64,000 nt of DNA. Origin: Amphiscolops sp. MND2022. Taxonomy: Eukaryota. The notes under the pieces are model-generated. The model had not been told where the DNA came from, ran no database searches, and saw only the letters and a list, made by a program, of their open reading frames with translations. Positions 57,425-64,000 of this stretch are shown in pieces; the stretch's first letter is position 1; each line of letters opens with the position of its first letter. Made by a program: the position numbers and the translations under genes. The stretch lies in contig OZ076409.1 in NCBI GenBank assembly GCA_964187785.1, forward strand, positions 70,000,001 through 70,064,000. The letters run 5' to 3'.

Positions 57425-58665
57425 CTAAAACACGAAACTTCATGGTAAATAAGAACTCAACGTATTTTCCAGTGGATACACCCAGTTTTTGTATTGTAGT
57501 TTCAGCAGCCAATGAAGGGGGGGGGGTTGGCTGATGATTTACACCCAGTTTTTTCTATTCTAGTTTCTGCAGTCAATGTAGATTGGGTGGGGGTGGGGGG
57601 ATTGTTTAGCTGATGATTTCATGAACTGAGCTTAGGGTTGAAGGTTTATCGTTGTTGTATTCATAGCTTGTTGTTATATTCAAAGTTGCGCTTGAATATT
57701 CATTCCTCCAATAAACGAACAAAATGAAGTTTGAGCTCTAACTTCTGAAATGTGATGGTTTCATCAATTGATTACTCTATTGAAACAAAACTATTGATTA
57801 TTCGTGCATTACAGAGTGCACTAAGTCTCGATAAAAATACGAAAAGTTTCTCAGAATTAAAAAGCACTTACTTGTGATTTGATAAAAAAATTGATGCAAT
57901 CATAAGTTCGGAAGTTTGCGACGTGCAAATTTACATGTCTTAGGTCACCATTGTGCTTCAAAATGACTATTAGCGATCAATTTTAGGGTCAAAACCTGCT
58001 TCAATATCAGCATTTTATTATGTACCAAGATGCCAATCACGTAGTAAAAAAATCTTCGAAGTTTTGAGCTCTATAGTGATTGTAAATTCAATTTCTATAA
58101 ACACCTGAATCGGAGACAATTACCTTCAATATAAAAAAGAACAGTAGTAGGAAATATTATCCGCACTTTTGTTTGTGAAACATGCTTTAGGACGTAACAA
58201 TTTGGGGTAAATACTGGAAAACCACCCAAACTTTTGGAGAAGTTTCGAACGAAAGTGTCGCGGAATTTCATCTAGTTTACATTCGTTCTTTCTAGAAAAT
58301 GCTACGATTAAAATACGACATTACATCAATTAGAACTTAACGTTGTTTTGAGATTATAATTCGTTACCTTTCGGTACTAAAACCGGCTTCAATATTTACA
58401 TATTGATGTTTGTCACAATAGCGTTAATCGCATTCCAAGATTGATGATTGCAAAATTCTGAGAAAATATACTTGATAGAATTATTTACTTTTACATTTTA
58501 TTAATTCTTGATTTTCTCGAATACACGGTAGGTTTTGAGTATTCGGGCAGAATATCTGTGGTCGTCAACATTGTCACAAACTGGTGTGAAACTTTTCTCC
58601 CACTACTGTAGAAGAAATGCAATATAAGTTTCAAGAAATTATAATTTCTTCTGGAAGAATAAATT

Positions 58666-59085
58666 AACAAAACGGGAACATCTAAAGTCGGAGCTATATC
58701 TAAGGCTCAAAAAGCGCAACGTTCCTAAAATTGTAAAAGAGGGAACCCTTTGGGCTTTTTGAAAATCCAGTTTGTTGCAAAATATCAAAAGAAGAAGGGG
58801 TACTTTTGGGAAACAAAAATTCAAAAAAAGTCACACAATGCTGAAAAAAATTCAAATGGGGACCCTATCGTCTCGTCCGGTTTTGTATCTTACGTTAAAG
58901 ATGGAGTAAATGAAAGGCTGGACTTTCTGCAATAACTTCGATGCGTTTCCGGTGGCCGGTGTAGTAGTTTAGTAGTTCTGTAGAAAGTGTCCACTACGCA
59001 TACCTTTGGTTGCCTGACGAGAAAAAAACTAGTTACTTTAATAGTTGGGATTTTTTCCTTCAAAGGGAAAGGCGCCGACAAAAAA
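58666..59085 (+). mobile_element. HINE/DINE-1-like family A copy
   Basis: AACAAAACGGGAACATCTAAAGTCGGAGC ... GGCGCCGACAAAAAA. Confidence 0.65.
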
Positions 59086-59258
59086 TAGCACAAAAGTTAT
59101 GTGTTATATTTCAAAATCGGGAATAACATCTGAAAAACGGGAATAACGTCTGAATCTTTAGACGTTATTCCTGAAAAAAGAGTAAACTTTAGACGTTATT
59201 CCCTTAGACGTTATTCCTTAGACGTTATTCCCGCCCCTAGAGTTGACTGTAGTTTAAA

Positions 59259-59543
59259 TGGAAGAAGGAATAAAATCTAACGCGTAAGATCTAAGACACC
59301 TAATCGGAATAAGATCTAACTGAAACACGTTGCGTTTCCGTTTCCCTTCAATTATTTTGTAGTTAGGCATCACAAACCTGAAAAAAGTAAAAGTTTTTGC
59401 AGTTTGATCATTTTCGGTCTTAGATCTTAGGCGCAAGTCGGATGTCTTGAATAGATCTTAGGCGTAAGGTGATTATTGAGCATGTTAGATCTTTAGATCT
59501 TATTTCGTTAGATCTTAGGCGTTAGATCTTATTCCGTCCTCCC
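59259..59543. mobile_element. Mutator-like MITE
   Basis: 9-bp TSD TAGTTTAAA at 59250-59258 and 59544-59552; long TIRs made of TAAGATCTAA repeats. Confidence 0.7.
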
Positions 59544-59750
59544 TAGTTTAAAATGGCGATGGGAAATGAACTCAGGAACTTCAAAAATTTTTCTTTCCAA
59601 TTCGAAATTTTCAAAAAAAATTCGAAGATTTTCATCATCAAAAGTGACAAAAATTTGATTAATTGCAAACAATTCGAATGAAAATGCTCAAAAAAAGACT
59701 GTAATAATGTTTTTCTCAGTGAAAGGAATATAACTTTCGACAGCTATATC

Positions 59751-60092
59751 TGTTTGAAAAAGGGAAGAATATCAACTTCTATTCAAATGCTTTTTGGTCC
59801 CTAATAACGGTAATGAATATCAAAATAATATGTACGAACATGCAAAAGAACAATAATTGTTTACAAATATTAATAAACATATTTGAAGTTTCGAGATAGC
59901 AAAGTTCGAAGGTCAAAAGCAAAGTTTCTTACTATGCATTTTTGCGAAATATAATTTTACAAAACATTTATCGGTTGCCGGGATTCGAACCTACATCCTA
60001 ATGGTTGATAGTCTACCGCGCATCCTCTATGCTATCGCTACTTGATTTCCGTTAATTTAATCTTATTTGTAAACTTTATTTGCTTTGCAACA
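59751..60092 (-). repeat. Probable 3' LTR of the BEL/Pao element (~342 bp)
   Basis: Minus strand reads CCCGGAGGA (PPT-like) then TGTTGCAAA... to ...TTCAAACA. The partner LTR is outside the window, so the left boundary is tentative. Confidence 0.6.
59971..60041 (-). other. tRNA-like Pol III A/B-box sequence inside the BEL LTR
   Basis: Minus strand box A TAGCATAGAGG (60034-60024) and box B GGTTCGAATCC (59991-59981) at tRNA spacing; stems imperfect. Confidence 0.6.
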
Positions 60093-60242
60093 TCCTCCGG
60101 GCCCGAGAAGATGTGACGAAGAAAACTCAAAAAATTAAGGGAACTTTTTTTTCAAATTCATGAAGTATACATGCAATGTTTATTGTTTAATGAGTACATG
60201 TTATCAGTAACGAACAAAATGGGTTGAGAATGAGACAGTGTT

Positions 60243-63200
60243 TCATTCAGGAATGGGAAGGACGGGAGAGAGCTTGACGATGGGACGGGTGAGGTTACCA
60301 GATGATGTCTTTACTTCCGCTGACCGAGCGACGGAATCGGCGCCGTAGTTTAACTTGACCACACAGGCCAGTGGATAGTGTCCTCTCGGTGTGGTGGGCT
60401 CCACTATCCAGACTAGATCTCCCGTCTTGAGTTCGCGGTCAGAGGGAGTCATCCATTTAGAACGGCGGTTGAGAGTCGGAACGTACTCCTTAAGCCATCG
60501 GTTCCAAATTGCGTCTGAATACGCTTGAGCTCGAAGGTACCGCTTTCGATGATCTATTTCAGCCTGAAAAAGGGTCGGTAATGTAGAAATAGGAGTTCCC
60601 AACAAGAAATGGTTCGGTGTAAGTGCATCCAGGTCCGAAGCATCAGTGCTTGCGGCAGTTATTGGTCGAGCATTGAGGCATTGTTCCACAAGGCAGAACG
60701 TTGTCGACAAAATTTCGTCGGTCAGGCGGCGGTTCCCCAATACCGCGTAAAAAACGTGTTTGAAACTACGGACTACGCGTTCCCAGACACCTCCATGGTG
60801 GGGACCACTCGGTGGGTTAAACTTCCACTTAATTCGTTTCTTCAAGAGTGCGTCGTTGAGGACTTGCTGGTTCCAATTGTTGATGTTGTACATGAGTCCT
60901 TTTTCGCTGGCTACGAAGTTTGTGCCGTTGTCAGACCAAATTACGGATGGGGTGCCCCGGTGGGCGCAAAACCTTTCAATCCCCATCACGCAGCTACTCG
61001 TGTCCATGCTCGGGACCACCTCGAAGTGGACAGCACGAGTCGTGAGGCAGGTAAAAAGAAAGCCCCATCTTTTCTCCGTAGATCGTTTGACCGATACAAA
61101 GAAAGGTCCGAAATATTCAATTCCCGTGTTCGAAAACGGGGTTCTTTGAAAGCGAGTCTTTCACGAGTAGATCTGACATCATGGGAGTCAATGTTTCGGC
61201 TCTTCGTTTTCGACAGGTTACGCATCGGGAAACAATTGTTCTCAGGGTGGTTCTCAGTTTGACTACAGCAAATCTCTGCTGCACCAAAGCTCGTAGGTAG
61301 TCGACACCCTGGTGGTAATGGCTTTTGTGCAGATGCTCTAGAAGAAGCTGCACCAATGGATGACGACCATCTAGAACAAAGGGATGTTTAACATCAAATG
61401 TGGCAACGTTTAGTTGTTTCGTGCGCCCAGAAGCTCTTATCAGACCATTCGGTCCAATGAAGCGGGAAAATTGCGCTATTTTGGAGGTTCTGTTGAGTGG
61501 CGAGGATTTCAGTAGATTAATTTTCTCTGAAGGAAATGATTCGGATTGGGCGCTATGAAACAGTCGTTGTTCGGCATGTTCCAGTTCCGCCGGGTCGGTG
61601 ATTGCAGCAGAAGAGCACCTGTAGAAGCAGTTCTTTTTCAATAGTCGTAACATGTAGGCTACAATGCGCAGGAGTTTCTCGTATGAGCAATACTTCTGCC
61701 ACTCGAAAGTTTGTGCAATTGTAGACTGAGTTGTGGATACCATCACAGTTGCCGATTCTGTTACTGGTGACGGACTGGAATCTTTTGGCTTCTTTAGCTT
61801 CCATCGGAAGTCTTCGGATAGCTCAAAGGGCCATTGGGGCGTTTTCAGGAACTCAGGTCCTTTCAACCAACTGCTCTCCACTAGAGCGTTTGCTGACAGA
61901 CCTCTGGTGCCTGCATCTGCTGGGTTATTGCTCGATTGAACGTAATTCCACTCATCTGTCGTAGTTAGCTCCAAGATCTCCGCCACACGGTTATCTACGA
62001 AGACTGGTTGCTTTTCGAGGGAGTGAGTCCATTGTAGGACAGTGGTGCTGTCGGACCACATGGAAGTCCTGCTTATGTCGAGCGTCAGAGCCTTTTGGAC
62101 GTCCTTCCTTAGTCTTGCTGCAAGCAACGAGGCTTGGAGCTCGAGTTTTGGTATGGTCAAGGCTTTCATGGGAGCCACTCTGGCTTTTCCAAACACGAAT
62201 GCGAGTTTTGTTTGCGGGCAACTGTTTCCACTGATAACGTTTCCTCGGAGGAAGACGACCGCACTGAACACTTCTTGTGAACTATCACCAAAGATGTGAA
62301 GTTCTAGTGCTTCGACTTTTCCTTGGAAGTAGGTTCGCGCGATTGCGATGTCACTAAGCGCTGGTAACTCTTGGGTCCAGTCGATGAACTTGGTTACAAT
62401 ATCTGGCGGTAAGTCGTCATCCCACTGCTGCCCACTTAGTTTCCAGATATCTTTGAGTAGCAGGCGCGCTTTGACAGTATACGGTGCAAGTAGCCCAATG
62501 GGATCGTATACTGAAGAGACAAGGCTCAGAACTACCCTTTGTGTAACAGCTGGTTTGATATCAGGGTTTGTACCGCGGCTGACTACAAGGGTATCGGTAG
62601 CGTGGTTCCATTTCAACTCAAGCACATGGGACAATTCTTCACCACTAGGGAATTCTTTCACTTCGGTTGCTGGCGTCGGATCGGTTTCCAGTTGCGCAGG
62701 GATTGATGGTACGTTTGACACGAACTTGGTTAACTTGAAGCCTCCCAGCGAAAGCAGTTTCACCAGGTCCTCAGCTTTGCGTGTCGCTTCTTCAACCGTC
62801 GGGCACGACTCTAGGTAGTCATCCATGTAAAAATTACTGAGAACACGTTGAGCGGCTTCCGGGAACGTTGACTGGTTGTCCGTTGCTGTTCTCCTCAAAG
62901 CATAGTTCGCACAAGTGGGGGAGTCTTTAGATCCAAAGATATGACGGACATAATGGAACACAGCAACATCGGATGCTGGATCTTCGCGCCACAGGAAACG
63001 AAGTGACGGCCTGTCTTCTGGAATTACTCCAACTTGTAGGAACATTCCTTCAATGTCTGCCGACACGGCATACGGGTATTGTCGGAATCGAATCAAAATG
63101 TGGATGAGACTCTGCAACAGGTCTGGTCCAGTCAAGAGTGAATTGTTCGAGGAATGGCCTTGGAACTTGGCGGCGCCGTTCAACACTCGTCGAACTTTAC

Positions 63201-64000
63201 CCGGTTTGTGTGGATCAACGACCGGATGGTGCGGAAGCTACCACTCGCGGGCATTACTCACTTTGAAACAATCGGCTTTGTTAACGTTCACTATGTAACC
63301 TTTGGAGTGATCTTCATGGATGGTTTTGGAGTATCGCTCTTTCAACTCAGCATCTTTCCCGAGACGACGTTCCAGGGACTTCAGCTGGACTAGAGCCGAA
63401 AAGTAGTTATTCGGCAAACTACTCTCGTCCTCAGCCCATAGCATACCCACTTGGTATTGCGACTCATCGTGGTATGTCGTTCGTTCAAGTAACTTTTCCG
63501 CTCTCGCGTCGGCAGTGGAACGGGGGTCTACTTGTTTGAATGCTCCGTATGATTCCATTTCATACCAGCTGCGGAGTTGGTCGCCTAGTTCGGAATCGGC
63601 ATCTTTGTTGGACGTGACAGCCTTGAAACACGTTGAAAACAATCCAGAGGTCGATGGAAGAGGTCCACTCAGTACCCAGCCCAACGGGAGACGGACGGCA
63701 ACTGGAGCTTTCTTACTGTCGGATTCGAAGTACTCCAGTGGGAGGATAAAGTGAAACACGTCCTGACCCAGGATCATGTCGACGTCAGCGTAGCTGTATT
63801 TGTTCAAAGATATTGGTTCTAGGTGAGGATACTTGGTTTTCAGGTGGTCAACTTCGATGGTGTCGGTACGCTAAGGTTTTCTCTCACGTATGGTTTGATG
63901 GCAAAGGTTGAGCAAGAGCCACTCGAATGAACGGGTGTCAACTTGAGCTCGACCATTTGCGTTTCAACAACTTGATGGGAGTTGATCCCATGTACGGTCA
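60243..64000 (-). mobile_element. BEL/Pao LTR retrotransposon pol (PR-RT-RH-IN), disrupted, running off the window end
   Basis: ILGQD, LLTGPDL, ADIEGMFLQV, FYMDDYL, IFGDSS, TIPKLELQA, NPADAGTRG, WSDNGTNF, LTPNHFL. Stop at 63238-63240 and frameshifts near 61140-61170. Confidence 0.93.

Noticed and set aside
59971..60041. Functional tRNA gene
   Set aside because: Acceptor, anticodon and T stems pair poorly; only the A and B boxes are convincing.

Overview
This is AT-rich, intron-rich animal genomic DNA; the species cannot be determined from the window. Host genes are an intronless histone H2A (1702-2097 +), a complete 20-exon alpha-actinin (2525-21853 +, 898 aa by my splicing), a 3-exon PLAC8/cornifelin-family gene (32942-27044 -) and the last two exons of RSPH14 (57424-55890 -). 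Introns and intergenic DNA hold two Helentron/DINE-1-like families, hAT, Mutator-like and Tc1/mariner-like MITEs, an RLE non-LTR fragment, a ~180-bp degenerate satellite and a decayed BEL/Pao element. The standout is a young 15.8-kb Ty3/Gypsy LTR retrotransposon (39861-55641) with 2.15-kb LTRs and a GAAAG TSD. Besides gag and pol it carries two accessory genes arranged divergently around an internal CCAAT/CRE-rich spacer. One is an intact antisense 8-exon gene (52396-48426, 1063 aa, all GT-AG introns in phase) that looks like a catalytically dead hAT-transposase derivative with a zinc finger and NLSs. The other is a sense 242-aa acidic ORF starting with a SUMO-interacting motif. Gag starts 382 nt inside the LTR and reads through the PBS. 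Pol is reached by a predicted -1 frameshift and carries three inactivating lesions. All gene models were assembled by eye, and all homology calls come from remembered motifs, not database searches.
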